From the IMG/VR virus record IMGVR_UViG_3300032257_000003: DNA of 64,000 nt; one strand, 5' to 3'. The DNA comes from an uncultured virus (IMG/VR IMGVR_UViG_3300032257_000003). Taxonomy: Duplodnaviria > Heunggongvirae > Uroviricota > Caudoviricetes. The notes under the pieces are model-generated. The model was given only the letters and a program-made list of their open reading frames with translations. It was not told where the DNA came from and ran no database searches. Made by a program: the position numbers and the translations under genes. Positions 1-9,577 of this stretch are shown in pieces (the stretch's first letter is position 1; the number at the start of each line of letters is the position of its first letter).

Positions 1-337
1 ATCCGCTGTGCTGGAGGGCAGATGCTTGAAATCCATAAAGACAGATTACGGATTCGGGTCAAGAGGGCTTGGGTTGTATGTGTGGCGGAGAGACAAAATT
101 CTTTGCTTTATACCAGATGAAGATGAATATATAAAGGGCGGAACAATGACCGATTTTCAGAATATGGTGATACGTAATGGCGTAAGGAACGGTAAAACAT
201 GCCTAGCCTGTTGGTGGGCCTGCTGGTCTGATAAATACTTAGATGTTCATCCTAGACCATCTAGTGAATTTGCTTCTTTTTACTCAAATGAAGAACGTAA
301 GTTAAAGACCTCAACAAATAACAACGGAGAGTGAAGT
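1..337 (+). repeat. Direct repeat copy 1 (terminal redundancy / circular overlap)
   Basis: Matches 57153-57490 except T128/G57280, extra A at 57307, G226/A57379, A317/T57470. Confidence 0.95.
8..334 (+). CDS. Hypothetical protein, 3' part; N-terminus (MSKSKSKEF) lies at ~57112-57152 if the genome is circular
   Basis: ORF track; same peptide as the 57100-57330 ORF up to the frameshift in copy 2. Confidence 0.55.
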   Translation: MLEGRCLKSIKTDYGFGSRGLGLYVWRRDKILCFIPDEDEYIKGGTMTDFQNMVIRNGVRNGKTCLACWWACWSDKYLDVHPRPSSEFASFYSNEERKLKTSTNNNGE

Positions 338-701
338 GAATAAAGATACATCAGAGGTTATATATGCAAAGCCACACCCGACTTATGATGATGTTATGAT
401 GGCCGGTACATTTAAGATGGATGGTGATACTAAATACATCCTAGCAAAGAACAGCATAAGCAAGGCGGAGCATGACAAAGTAGTTAAGCTTATGTCTGAG
501 CATAATCTGGAAAGGATTAATGAATTAAAAGCTGAACACGAAGCCCAGTTAGCAGAGCTTGAGAAGCGGTTGATTGATGCTATCTCAGATAATCTAACCA
601 CATTGTCGCACGTAGGGGTTCAAACCACTGCGTTAGTGGATTGGGTAGAAGTTGATGACGTTTATGAATTAATTGAGCAAACATTTAAGGATTTGTTATG
701 A
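336..701 (+). CDS. Hypothetical phage protein (coiled-coil)
   Basis: ORF with GGAG RBS, coupled to neighbours. Confidence 0.6.
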   Translation: MNKDTSEVIYAKPHPTYDDVMMAGTFKMDGDTKYILAKNSISKAEHDKVVKLMSEHNLERINELKAEHEAQLAELEKRLIDAISDNLTTLSHVGVQTTALVDWVEVDDVYELIEQTFKDLL

Positions 702-934
702 GTAGTACATGCCCGTGTTGCAATCAATTAATCCCTTATGGTCACGGGTGTAACTCACACTCTTCAGCCTTAGAAGTAATGGGGATTCATGCAGAATCAG
801 AGCTTAAACAAAAGCAGTTAGAGTTATTGGTTAAGATTAAAAACGAATTTACTCTTGAGTATGTTGGGCAAAATCAATCAATGTTTATAGAAGAAATTAT
901 AGACAAAGAGATTGAGCGAATAGGTGATGTATGA
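698..934 (+). CDS. Hypothetical protein
   Basis: ATGA overlap with upstream ORF; N-terminal CPCC. Confidence 0.55.
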   Translation: MSSTCPCCNQLIPYGHGCNSHSSALEVMGIHAESELKQKQLELLVKIKNEFTLEYVGQNQSMFIEEIIDKEIERIGDV

Positions 935-1005
935 GTGAGGCAGAAAAGCTTATGTTTGCAGTTATGTTCGGGTTAATTCTTACTGGTTTATTAATATTAT
1001 TATAG
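931..1005 (+). CDS. Small hydrophobic peptide (MSEAEKLMFAVMFGLILTGLLILL)
   Basis: Translated by hand; ATGA overlap, AGGTG RBS. Confidence 0.4.
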   Translation: MSEAEKLMFAVMFGLILTGLLILL

Positions 1006-1012
1006 GTGTGAA

Positions 1013-1339
1013 GTGATGACCCCATTAACCAAGCGTGAATTAGATTTAATACGAGTAACATCATGTGTAGCGGTATTAGCTAATGATATCGGTGACTTCA
1101 AAAAGGCGACGAGTATCGTAGCTAAAGATAATCCTGATTACTGGTCTGAATTGTGGGAGGTTTATTTTATAGCTGTTAAAGGCGAAAATGATGCTGAGTT
1201 TGTAAGGTGCCATAATTCGTTATCAGCAAAGCATGAGTGGTTAGATCGTGTAGGTAAAAATAAAGACAAGCCCGAGCAGTGCGTATTATGCAATAAGCTA
1301 AAGATTGACTTGTATAATAAAAACAAAATGCCATTCTGA
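1013..1339 (+). CDS. Hypothetical protein
   Basis: ORF; stop overlaps TerL start. Confidence 0.55.
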   Translation: MMTPLTKRELDLIRVTSCVAVLANDIGDFKKATSIVAKDNPDYWSELWEVYFIAVKGENDAEFVRCHNSLSAKHEWLDRVGKNKDKPEQCVLCNKLKIDLYNKNKMPF

Positions 1340-2058
1340 TGCTGGATAAAAAAGCACTGCAAATTGAATTGATTGCGCTCATGGAAGAGCAGATATATCG
1401 TGAATCACGTACAGCATGGAAGAAATGGTTTCCTGATGAGGGCCCTTACAGGCGTGAGCTATACAAAAAACATCTAAAATTCTTCAAAGATACAGGGCTT
1501 AGTGATGATGATATTACAGAGTGCGCGTTTATCGCGGCTAATCGTGTTGGCAAATCTATTGCAGGCGCGTATTGCGTCAAAGTATGGACAACAGGAGTGT
1601 ATCCTGATTGGTGGGATGGAAGGGTATTTGATCACCCCACCAATGGTTGGTGTGCTGGAGATACCGGAGAAACCGTGCGAGATATCATTCAGCTCGAACT
1701 ACTTGGCCCGGCTGGAAAACATGGCACTGGTATGCTTCCAGCAGATTCAATACTTAGAACGACTCCGCGTACAGGCATACCGGATGCTGTTAAAGATATC
1801 TATATTGAACATGAACCATCAAAAGAAACCAGTTATGCAGGTTTAAAGTCATACGATCAGAAGCGTAAGAGCTTCCAGGGTACGGCAAAGCACTGGATAT
1901 GGAACGATGAAGAACCGGGTATGGATATATACTCAGAAGAAATACTTCGTGTAATGACTACGCACGGGGTTATTATTAATACATTCACGCCATTATCAGG
2001 ATTATCTGATGTGGTATTGAGCTTCTTACCCGGTGGTAAGGCTCCAAGCGCAGGGTGA
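1339..2058 (+). CDS. terL: Terminase large subunit, N-terminal ATPase half (P22 gp2-like)
   Basis: Walker A AANRVGKS, Walker B WIWNDEEP, coupling motif TFTP. Confidence 0.9.
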   Translation: MLDKKALQIELIALMEEQIYRESRTAWKKWFPDEGPYRRELYKKHLKFFKDTGLSDDDITECAFIAANRVGKSIAGAYCVKVWTTGVYPDWWDGRVFDHPTNGWCAGDTGETVRDIIQLELLGPAGKHGTGMLPADSILRTTPRTGIPDAVKDIYIEHEPSKETSYAGLKSYDQKRKSFQGTAKHWIWNDEEPGMDIYSEEILRVMTTHGVIINTFTPLSGLSDVVLSFLPGGKAPSAG

Positions 2059-2061
2059 TTT

Positions 2062-2211
2062 ATGAGCAAAAACGATAAAATGATTGATATCTCCATTGAT
2101 ATAGACGCACCAACAGTATTGGATGGTTTGTTGTTGGTTGTTCTTGGTTTGTGCGTATGTGGCATTATTGTCACTTTCTGGGAATTACTACTAAGAGATT
2201 TAATATTATGA
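2062..2211 (+). CDS. Small single-TM membrane protein inserted in terL
   Basis: Translated by hand: MSKNDKMIDISIDIDAPTVLDGLLLVVLGLCVCGIIVTFWELLLRDLIL; ATGA overlap with next ORF. Confidence 0.55.
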   Translation: MSKNDKMIDISIDIDAPTVLDGLLLVVLGLCVCGIIVTFWELLLRDLIL

Positions 2212-2624
2212 AAGTATACTCACGTGAATGGGTAAGAGTTTTACTGTACTCGATGCTGATTGTTCCAACTGTTTATCTATACGCTGCATTCTATGTGGCA
2301 ATGATCTTTTTAAACAATTATCGTGAGGCCGTTGCAACTGATAGCCGATTTAAACGATGGTGGAAAGCATCATTGTACCCTGTTGGTGCAGTATTCCTGT
2401 TTCTGGATGGCCTTTATGATCTTATATGTGGTTCTATCTGGTTCAGGAAGTGGGCTGAATGGGGAGTTCGTAACAAAACATTCACTGCCAGGCTGAAGTA
2501 TTACAAAAAACAGCATGAAGAGATGGTAAGTAATCTTCGATATGATGCAGATATTGTTGCACGCTATGAACTGGCTATTAAGTTCTGTACATTAATTAAT
2601 AAAGTCGCCCCGGCCCACTGTTAA
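2208..2624 (+). CDS. Membrane protein inserted in terL
   Basis: ATG 2208 in frame with track ORF 2151-2624; two hydrophobic segments; TAATG overlap with TerL-C. Confidence 0.65.
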   Translation: MKVYSREWVRVLLYSMLIVPTVYLYAAFYVAMIFLNNYREAVATDSRFKRWWKASLYPVGAVFLFLDGLYDLICGSIWFRKWAEWGVRNKTFTARLKYYKKQHEEMVSNLRYDADIVARYELAIKFCTLINKVAPAHC

Positions 2625-3361
2625 TGTCTAAACTCGTAACCATGGCTGGTTGGGATGATGTGCCTCACCTTTCGCAGAAGGCAAAGGACACGTTATATGA
2701 GTCAATCCCACCATATCAGCGTGATGCACGCTCAAAAGGAATACCGCAATTAGGTTCAGGTGCTATTTACCCAGTTCCGGAATCTGAGATAGTTGTACCA
2801 GATATGCCAATACCAGCACATTGGCCAAGAGGTTATGGCCTAGATGTAGGTTGGAATAAGACTGCTGCAATGTTTGGAGCCCTGGACAGAGACAGTGATA
2901 TCTTGTATTTGTATTCAGAGCATTACATGGGTGAAGCACAACCAGCCGTACATGCTGCCGCAATTCGTGCGCGTGGTCCATGGATACCCGGAAGAATTGA
3001 CCCAGCAGCACGCGGTAGAGGTCAAAGAGATGGCGAACAGTTACTTCAAGACTATAATGATTTAGGTTTGGATTTGCTCCCAGCCGTTAATGCAGTAGAA
3101 TCAGGGTTGTATAAGGTCTGGTTACGATTATCTACCGGCAGATTAAAAGTATTTGCATCATGCCAGAGCTGGTTAGGTGAGTTTCGTATTTACAGGCGTG
3201 ACGATAAAGGCAAGATAGTTAAGAAAGATGACCATGCAATGGATGCCACACGATACTTGGTTCAAGAGTGTGAGCAAAATGATTTTATGATTACTAAACC
3301 GATTCTCCAGAACATGGGTGGCACTTCCATTCAGGTTATGGATGATGATGTAGGTTATTAG
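2624..3361 (+). CDS. terL: Terminase large subunit, C-terminal half (lid + RNase H-fold nuclease)
   Basis: WDDVPHL...DARSKGIPQLGSG, GLDVGW and DDHAMDATRY acidic motifs. Confidence 0.9.
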   Translation: MSKLVTMAGWDDVPHLSQKAKDTLYESIPPYQRDARSKGIPQLGSGAIYPVPESEIVVPDMPIPAHWPRGYGLDVGWNKTAAMFGALDRDSDILYLYSEHYMGEAQPAVHAAAIRARGPWIPGRIDPAARGRGQRDGEQLLQDYNDLGLDLLPAVNAVESGLYKVWLRLSTGRLKVFASCQSWLGEFRIYRRDDKGKIVKKDDHAMDATRYLVQECEQNDFMITKPILQNMGGTSIQVMDDDVGY

Positions 3362-3363
3362 AA

Positions 3364-3579
3364 ATGAATGAACGAGAATTTATAAAGGCCAGTAATGCTA
3401 TTTCATTGACTATTCCTAACTGGGAAAGCATGGTTAAAACATTAGCATTTAGTGAGTGGCTATCATCTCAAACTGATTTCATGCAAGGTCTGGCAAATAG
3501 CCCGCACGTAGATGATGCAAAGCATTTGATAAGAAAGTTTATGTTTGAAACAAACTATAAAAACGAAACAATTAACTGA
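3364..3579 (+). CDS. Hypothetical protein
   Basis: ORF between terL and portal. Confidence 0.5.
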   Translation: MNEREFIKASNAISLTIPNWESMVKTLAFSEWLSSQTDFMQGLANSPHVDDAKHLIRKFMFETNYKNETIN

Positions 3580-3589
3580 GGTTAATAAC

Positions 3590-5845
3590 ATGCCAAACAA
3601 CGGTACTGCTGAGAAGCAACCAGAAGATATCGAAGACGGATATGAACAAACTGCTGAAGAAGCTGAAATAGAGCGACAGGCGACAGTTCAATTATTCGGT
3701 AGTGGCCTTCAAACTAAGTTTGATCGTGAAGTTGGCCTAAAAGAAGAAATAGAGCAGCGATGGTTAGATGATCTACGTCATTACAATGGACGTTATGATC
3801 GTGACACCGAATCAAAGATGAACACAACTGGTAATGCTCAGAACACGAAAGCCAAGAGTTCTAAGATATTCGTCAACCTTACTCGCGCCAAAACAAACAT
3901 AGCAGAATCGAAATGGTCTGATTTGGTATTGCCTACTGATGATCGTAACTGGGGATTAAAGCCCACACCAGCACCAGAGCTCGCAAAAGAATTGGCGAAT
4001 ACGGAAGAAATAGAGCTTGCTGATGGCTCTAAGCCTACCGACCCAGAAACAAATGAAGCGTACACGCACGCAGATATGGCAGATGAAACCATGAAGCAGG
4101 CTATTGAAGCTGCTAAGCTCATGGAAACAGAGATTGACGATCAGTTAGTTGAAGCCAAATACAATTCTAAATGCCGTGAAATCATCCATGATGCCGTAAC
4201 GCTGGGCATTGGTATCATAAAAGGCCCAATGGTTGAGCGAAAGAACAAGAAGCAATGGAAAGAGGGCAATGACCAGCAATGGCAGTTAGGCCAGACCCAA
4301 GGCGAATACAAGCCAACAGCAGAACGTGTCGACCCTTGGAACTTCTTTCCAGATATGACCGCTACCTGCTGGGAGGATTGCGAATTTGTATTTGAACGTC
4401 ATCTAATGACACGTAAGCAAATTCGTAAACTAGCAAACCAGCCTGGATATATGCGTGAACAGTTACGCAATGTATTAATGCAGGCTCCTAATGGCCGTGT
4501 ATCTAAACTCAATTATCTAAATGAGTTACGAGAAATCAACGGTATCACTCAAATTCAGAACGACAACCGATATGAAGTGCTTGAATACCATGGGCCAATT
4601 GATAAAGATCAATTAGTGGCTTGTGGTTGTGAAGGCGTTGATGAGCAGGACCCGCTTGAAGAGTTTGAAGGTACTGTATGGCTGTGTATGGGCACGGTTA
4701 TCAAGGTTTCATTGAATCATATGGATAGTGAAGAGCTGCCATATAACGTTCTTAACTGGGAAAAAGACGAAACAAGTATTTTTGGCTTCGGTGTTCCATA
4801 CCGTATGCGTGGCCCACAGAAGGTTATGAATGCATCATGGAGAATGGTTCTTGATAATGCCGGCCTTTCAACAGGTCCACAGATCATTATCAACAAGTCA
4901 TTGGTCCAGCCACAGAATGGCGACTGGGAGTTAACGCCTCGTAAGATATGGTGGATGACCAGCAAAGACCCTAAGATGCGTGCTGATTATGCCATGCAAA
5001 CATTCAATATTGATTCTAACCAGAAAGATTTGGTTGCAATATTTGAGATGGCAAAGCAATTAGGCGATGAAGAAACCAGTGTTCCCAACATGAATATGGG
5101 TGCTACCGGTCCAGATCAGAACCAACCAGCCATGATGAAGACCCTGGGCGGCACTCAATTATGGATGAGTGCAAACAATATTATGATGCGAAGGGCGGTT
5201 AAAAACTTCGATGATGATATTACCGTGCCTTTTCTTGATCGTTTTTATGACTGGAATATGCAGTTCAGTAAAAAGAATGAGATTAAAGGCGATTACACCA
5301 TTGATGCACGCGGCACCAGCGTACTACTGGTTCGTGAGATGCAGGCTCGTAACATTCAAGAGTTCATTAATGCCGCTATGTCATTGCCAGGTGGAGATCA
5401 AGAGCTTAAAACTCGTGGCGTTCTAAAGAATATGGCCAAGGGTATGCAGGTATCAGTCGATGATGTAATGCGTAGCGATGAAGATGCGAAGACTGCAGAC
5501 GAAGAAGCGAAGAACAACCCGCCTCAAGACCCTGAAATGTTGAAGCTGGAAGCAGCTAAGGCATTAAAGCAGATGGAAATTGATGCCAAGCGCGAAGCAA
5601 CACAGCAAGAGGCGAAAATCAAAATGGCTACACTTGAGGGTGAACGCCAAATTGCGCTAATTAATCGTGAGGTTGAATTAACTAAGATATCGGCTGATAC
5701 GCAAAAAACCATGGAAGAGATACGATCTAAAGCAGGGATTGAGAAATATAAGACTGACTGGAACATTAAAGCGTTCTACGAAGAAGCAGCAATCAAAGCA
5801 GCAGAGGGCGATACAGCCAATTTCGGACTGGAAGCCACAGAATAG
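3590..5845 (+). CDS. Portal protein (podovirus type with C-terminal coiled-coil)
   Basis: ~750 aa after terL; GIGIIKGP, RVDPWNFFPD, FGFGVP motifs; GAGGT RBS before ATG 3590. Confidence 0.85.
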   Translation: MPNNGTAEKQPEDIEDGYEQTAEEAEIERQATVQLFGSGLQTKFDREVGLKEEIEQRWLDDLRHYNGRYDRDTESKMNTTGNAQNTKAKSSKIFVNLTRAKTNIAESKWSDLVLPTDDRNWGLKPTPAPELAKELANTEEIELADGSKPTDPETNEAYTHADMADETMKQAIEAAKLMETEIDDQLVEAKYNSKCREIIHDAVTLGIGIIKGPMVERKNKKQWKEGNDQQWQLGQTQGEYKPTAERVDPWNFFPDMTATCWEDCEFVFERHLMTRKQIRKLANQPGYMREQLRNVLMQAPNGRVSKLNYLNELREINGITQIQNDNRYEVLEYHGPIDKDQLVACGCEGVDEQDPLEEFEGTVWLCMGTVIKVSLNHMDSEELPYNVLNWEKDETSIFGFGVPYRMRGPQKVMNASWRMVLDNAGLSTGPQIIINKSLVQPQNGDWELTPRKIWWMTSKDPKMRADYAMQTFNIDSNQKDLVAIFEMAKQLGDEETSVPNMNMGATGPDQNQPAMMKTLGGTQLWMSANNIMMRRAVKNFDDDITVPFLDRFYDWNMQFSKKNEIKGDYTIDARGTSVLLVREMQARNIQEFINAAMSLPGGDQELKTRGVLKNMAKGMQVSVDDVMRSDEDAKTADEEAKNNPPQDPEMLKLEAAKALKQMEIDAKREATQQEAKIKMATLEGERQIALINREVELTKISADTQKTMEEIRSKAGIEKYKTDWNIKAFYEEAAIKAAEGDTANFGLEATE

Positions 5846-5857
5846 GAAACAATAACG

Positions 5858-6262
5858 ATGATAAAACCAACAGTAGGCCGTGTAGTTTTGTTTAACGCTG
5901 GTGAAGACCAGCCATACGCCGCTTCAATAGCATATGTTCATGATGATGAAACCATTAATATTGGTGGCATTGATAGTCATGGAGTTCCGTTTAATGAGCA
6001 ATTCATACACTTGGTTCAAGATTCTGATAAGGAAGCTATCCCGGGTGAATGTTATTGGATGGCATACCAGCAAGCCCAGGCCGATAAAAACAGCATGATG
6101 AAGCAGCTCGTTGATAATGCACTTCTTTCAGGTAGGTCGTTTGGCCGTATTGAAGTAATCGAGCCTGAAGAAGTATTTAAAGATGTAGAGCATACCGGAG
6201 TGGGTGAGGGCACGGTGAACCGTGACTTAGCCAGCCATCAGATTAACCAACCAATGCAGTAA
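5858..6262 (+). CDS. Hypothetical phage protein
   Basis: MIKPTVGRVV start recurrent in phage hypotheticals; AGGA RBS. Confidence 0.6.
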   Translation: MIKPTVGRVVLFNAGEDQPYAASIAYVHDDETINIGGIDSHGVPFNEQFIHLVQDSDKEAIPGECYWMAYQQAQADKNSMMKQLVDNALLSGRSFGRIEVIEPEEVFKDVEHTGVGEGTVNRDLASHQINQPMQ

Positions 6263-6307
6263 CCTTAACCAAAATTGCCGCTCGTGAGAGCCGCAGGAGA
6301 TATCCCA

Positions 6308-7258
6308 ATGAGTGATGAAGTATTAAACGCCGAAGATGGAAACAAAGACTTTGAAGATGAATTTCAAAAGCTTGCCGATGAAAAAGACAGTCTGAACCCA
6401 GTTGAATTAGAAGGCGAAGTATTGCCGGGCGATGAGCTGAAAGAAGAGCCCGACCCGATCATTGCCGGTGAAGAGGAAGTAATCAAGCCGGATGACAAGG
6501 AAGTCGATATATATGCTGGTATGGATGAAGCAACAGCCAATCACTTCAAAGCGATTGAGAAAGCGAATGAGGACCTTACGCACCGCATTAAAAGCGATAA
6601 TGGCCGCGTAAGTACATTCCAAAAGCAAATCAATAGCCTTAATGAGCAGATTAACGAACTGACTCAGAAGAAAGATATCTCAAAAGAAGATATCGCTGAA
6701 GCAATGTCTACTGATGAAAGCTGGGAGGAATTCACGGAAGAGTATCCAGAGTTTGCCGCGGCTGTCGATGGTCGTTTAGGTTCTATAATGGAAGAGCAAA
6801 ACAAGCGTATTGATAGCACCCTGGCACCAGTTATTGAGCAAAAAGCCAATAACGACATGGAAGACAATTACAGTAAGGTTGCAGAAGTCTATCCAGAGTG
6901 GCAGAATGCAGTTAAAGAAGTACATTTTGATGAATGGTTGAATAATCAACCTGCCGCGGTTAAAACATTAGCAGCCAGTGATGACGCACAAGATGCCTCA
7001 TCGTTAATTGGTTTGTATGATAACCACCGCATAGCGAATAAGTTACCTTCATTAAAAGCTGCCCCCATTGATGATCTTGGCGGTGATGGAATTGACACAG
7101 CGACTGAACTTGAGTTGAAGCGACAGCGACAATTAGATGCTGGAATATCAGTGCCAAGCAAAAATGCTCGCATTGTAACTAGCGGAGATGAAACTGGCGA
7201 TACGTTTACGGACGCATTCGCAGCCTATGCCAAGCGTAAGGACGCAAAACGAGCGTAA
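6308..7258 (+). CDS. Putative capsid scaffolding protein
   Basis: Acidic, helical, immediately before MCP; AGGAG RBS before ATG 6308. Confidence 0.7.
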   Translation: MSDEVLNAEDGNKDFEDEFQKLADEKDSLNPVELEGEVLPGDELKEEPDPIIAGEEEVIKPDDKEVDIYAGMDEATANHFKAIEKANEDLTHRIKSDNGRVSTFQKQINSLNEQINELTQKKDISKEDIAEAMSTDESWEEFTEEYPEFAAAVDGRLGSIMEEQNKRIDSTLAPVIEQKANNDMEDNYSKVAEVYPEWQNAVKEVHFDEWLNNQPAAVKTLAASDDAQDASSLIGLYDNHRIANKLPSLKAAPIDDLGGDGIDTATELELKRQRQLDAGISVPSKNARIVTSGDETGDTFTDAFAAYAKRKDAKRA

Positions 7259-7306
7259 GTTATTTTTTAAACTATTCACTGTCGAGATGACAGAGAGGTA
7301 TTCATT

Positions 7307-8323
7307 ATGTCAGGTTCTATATATGGCGATATCAACCAGCGTACAGCAGCATGGGCTGCAACAGAGATGCTGGAACACGCACGTCCAATCATTGTTTTAA
7401 CTGATTATGGTCAGTCTAAGCCAATGCCTAAAAACAAAGCAGAGCAGGTTAAATTCCGTCGCCCTGTACCTTACGTGGTTTCGACTACGCAATTGACTGA
7501 AGGTGTTTCGCCTACAAGTCACAAAACAAAGTACGTTGATGTTCCTGCAACAATGGGCCAATACGGTGATATTGCAGAGATCACTGACCGCGTTGCCGAT
7601 TTAGCAGAAGACCCCGTATTGAAAGATATGTCTATGCTTTCTGGTGAACAGGCAGCAGAAACTATCGAGATGGTTACATGGGGCGTTATCAAAGGCGGAA
7701 CTAATGTAATCTACGGTGCAGCAGCTGATACAGCTCGTTCTGATGTTAATGACCCGGTTTCATTAACTATTCAGCGTTCAGCTACTCGTTTCCTTAATGC
7801 TCAACGTGGTCGCAAGATCACTTCAAAGATGGCTGCAACTGTTCAATACGGTTCTGAAGCTGTTGATGCGGCATTCTTAGGTTTCGGCCACACTGATCTG
7901 GACGCAGATGTTCGTGACATTACTGGTTTCGTGCCAGTTGAAAAGTACGGCTCTATGAAGCCATTACCATATGAGATTGGTAAGGTTGAGACTGTACGCT
8001 ACATTCTGACTCCATTGTTAGACCCATTCCAAGCAGCTGGTTCAGCTACGCTTAACGGCATGGTTGCTGATGACGGTGTTAATGTTGATGTGTATCCGAT
8101 TGTTATCATCGCTAAGGAAGCATTTGGTTGTGTTCCTCTACGTGGCGCTGGTGCAATCCATCCAACTGTTCTTAACCCTGGCGTTGCATCCAAGTCTGAC
8201 GTATTAGGTCAGCGTGGTTATGTTGGCTGGAAAACATGGTTCGTAGCAGTAGTGCTTAACCAAGCATGGATGGTGCGTTTAGAAGTTGGTGTAACTGATC
8301 TTGGTGATGTTAGAACATCGTAA
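7307..8323 (+). CDS. Major capsid protein, N4-gp56 family
   Basis: YGDINQRTAAWA, LTEGVSP, MGQYGD, SDVLGQRGYVGWK motifs. Confidence 0.9.
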   Translation: MSGSIYGDINQRTAAWAATEMLEHARPIIVLTDYGQSKPMPKNKAEQVKFRRPVPYVVSTTQLTEGVSPTSHKTKYVDVPATMGQYGDIAEITDRVADLAEDPVLKDMSMLSGEQAAETIEMVTWGVIKGGTNVIYGAAADTARSDVNDPVSLTIQRSATRFLNAQRGRKITSKMAATVQYGSEAVDAAFLGFGHTDLDADVRDITGFVPVEKYGSMKPLPYEIGKVETVRYILTPLLDPFQAAGSATLNGMVADDGVNVDVYPIVIIAKEAFGCVPLRGAGAIHPTVLNPGVASKSDVLGQRGYVGWKTWFVAVVLNQAWMVRLEVGVTDLGDVRTS

Positions 8324-8337
8324 GATTTAACTGAATT

Positions 8338-8367
8338 GGCTGGGCCTTAACGGTCTGGCCTTTTTTT
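8338..8367 (+). terminator. Rho-independent terminator after MCP
   Basis: GGCTGGGCC-TTAAC-GGTCTGGCC followed by T7. Confidence 0.8.
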
Positions 8368-8415
8368 ATATAACCCTTATGGTAGTTAGCTCCGCGCTGT
8401 TACCGGGAGAAGAAA

Positions 8416-8973
8416 ATGAGTGAATTAAGTGCAGTTACAAATGCGGGTATCCGCAAAGCATTAGGTAATCGTTGTTTTAGTGCTGGTGGTTTCAGTATTG
8501 ATGCAAACCCGCATGACGTACAAACAGCAGCCGCTGTAGTGCATTGTGTAAACGGTGTATTCCAAACTGATTTTGCTATTGCAGCAGTAATCGATTTGAG
8601 CGCATTGACAGTATTGAGTGCTAAAGATGGCTCTGTTCTGGCAAGCGTTGTGACTCATCCAGCTAAAGCAGCTGGTGATGACGATGAAACGGTTGTATAT
8701 GTTATTGCTTGTAAGGGTGATACAGCATATATTATCGAAAGCTCGTTAGATGTTGCAGCAGCAGATTCTGACGCAGACTATCAGCTGGAATGTCCAGCAG
8801 GTTATGCGCCATTTGGTGTTATTAAGCTGGTTCGTACAGCCGCAGATACAGAAGACTTTATTTTAGGTCATGCTACATCGGCAACAGGCGATATGGACAC
8901 AGCAGGTCGTACAGCTACATTCTTTGATGTATCGGTATTGCCGGCAACATTAGCAGAGTTAACTACTGTTTAA
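8416..8973 (+). CDS. Putative capsid decoration / structural protein
   Basis: Follows MCP, Ala/Asp/Val-rich, GGAG RBS. Confidence 0.55.
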   Translation: MSELSAVTNAGIRKALGNRCFSAGGFSIDANPHDVQTAAAVVHCVNGVFQTDFAIAAVIDLSALTVLSAKDGSVLASVVTHPAKAAGDDDETVVYVIACKGDTAYIIESSLDVAAADSDADYQLECPAGYAPFGVIKLVRTAADTEDFILGHATSATGDMDTAGRTATFFDVSVLPATLAELTTV

Positions 8974-9020
8974 TAAGCAACAAACCTACTTACCGCTGTG
9001 AAGCAGCAGGTAGGCACCCA

Positions 9021-9058
9021 AAAAGGCCAGCTATTAACGGTGGCTGGCCTTTTTTTTA
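9021..9058 (+). terminator. Rho-independent terminator (possibly bidirectional)
   Basis: AAAAGGCCAGCTATT-AAC-GGTGGCTGGCCTTTTTTTTT. Confidence 0.85.
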
Positions 9059-9130
9059 TTTAAATTGTCGTGAGACAACCATTCCTAATAGTCACCCCCA
9101 TTCATGGCGGTCAAGACGGAGTTTTTTAAT

Positions 9131-9574
9131 ATGAGTGATTTCAACCTAGCAACAGCAGATAAACCAGCCCTTAAAGTATGGGCAATTAACAACATCAACC
9201 TGAATTTATCATTGGCGATGAATGAAGATACTATGCGACAGCGTATTCTTGATAAGTGCAGTGAGTTAAATATTGACCCACCAGTCTCAAAAATACATGC
9301 AAAAGGTGGAGCTGCAAAGAACAAGAAATCAAAATACATTACTATCAACGTAGCAAAGCAAGTAGGCCCAGGTGGTTCAGAACCTGCTTTTGTTGGTGTA
9401 CAGGGCGTTGGTTATACAATCCCGCGCGGTATTAATGTCGATGTACCTGAATCAGTTGTCGAAGCATTAAACAATGCAGTGCAAGATATCGTTACTCAGG
9501 ACCCCGACACAGCTGAGATACTGCATGAAGATGTATTAACTTACCCTTTCCAAGTTATCAGTATGGTGGCTTAA
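9131..9574 (+). CDS. Hypothetical protein of the head module
   Basis: GGAG RBS before ATG 9131; FVGVQG..IPRG..VDVP motif. Confidence 0.65.
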   Translation: MSDFNLATADKPALKVWAINNINLNLSLAMNEDTMRQRILDKCSELNIDPPVSKIHAKGGAAKNKKSKYITINVAKQVGPGGSEPAFVGVQGVGYTIPRGINVDVPESVVEALNNAVQDIVTQDPDTAEILHEDVLTYPFQVISMVA

Positions 9575-9577
9575 ACT

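Noticed and set aside
1..337. attL/attR pair of an integrated prophage
   Set aside because: The repeat lies within phage coding sequence, touches the window edge, and no integrase was found in the phage unit
1..337. DGR template/variable repeat pair with 57153-57490
   Set aside because: Differences are not adenine-specific, include an indel, and no reverse transcriptase is present
2059..2623. Group I intron or intein in terL
   Set aside because: Space is filled by two translationally coupled ORFs; no homing-endonuclease or intein motifs; TerL-C has its own coupled start. Only RT-PCR can exclude splicing fully.
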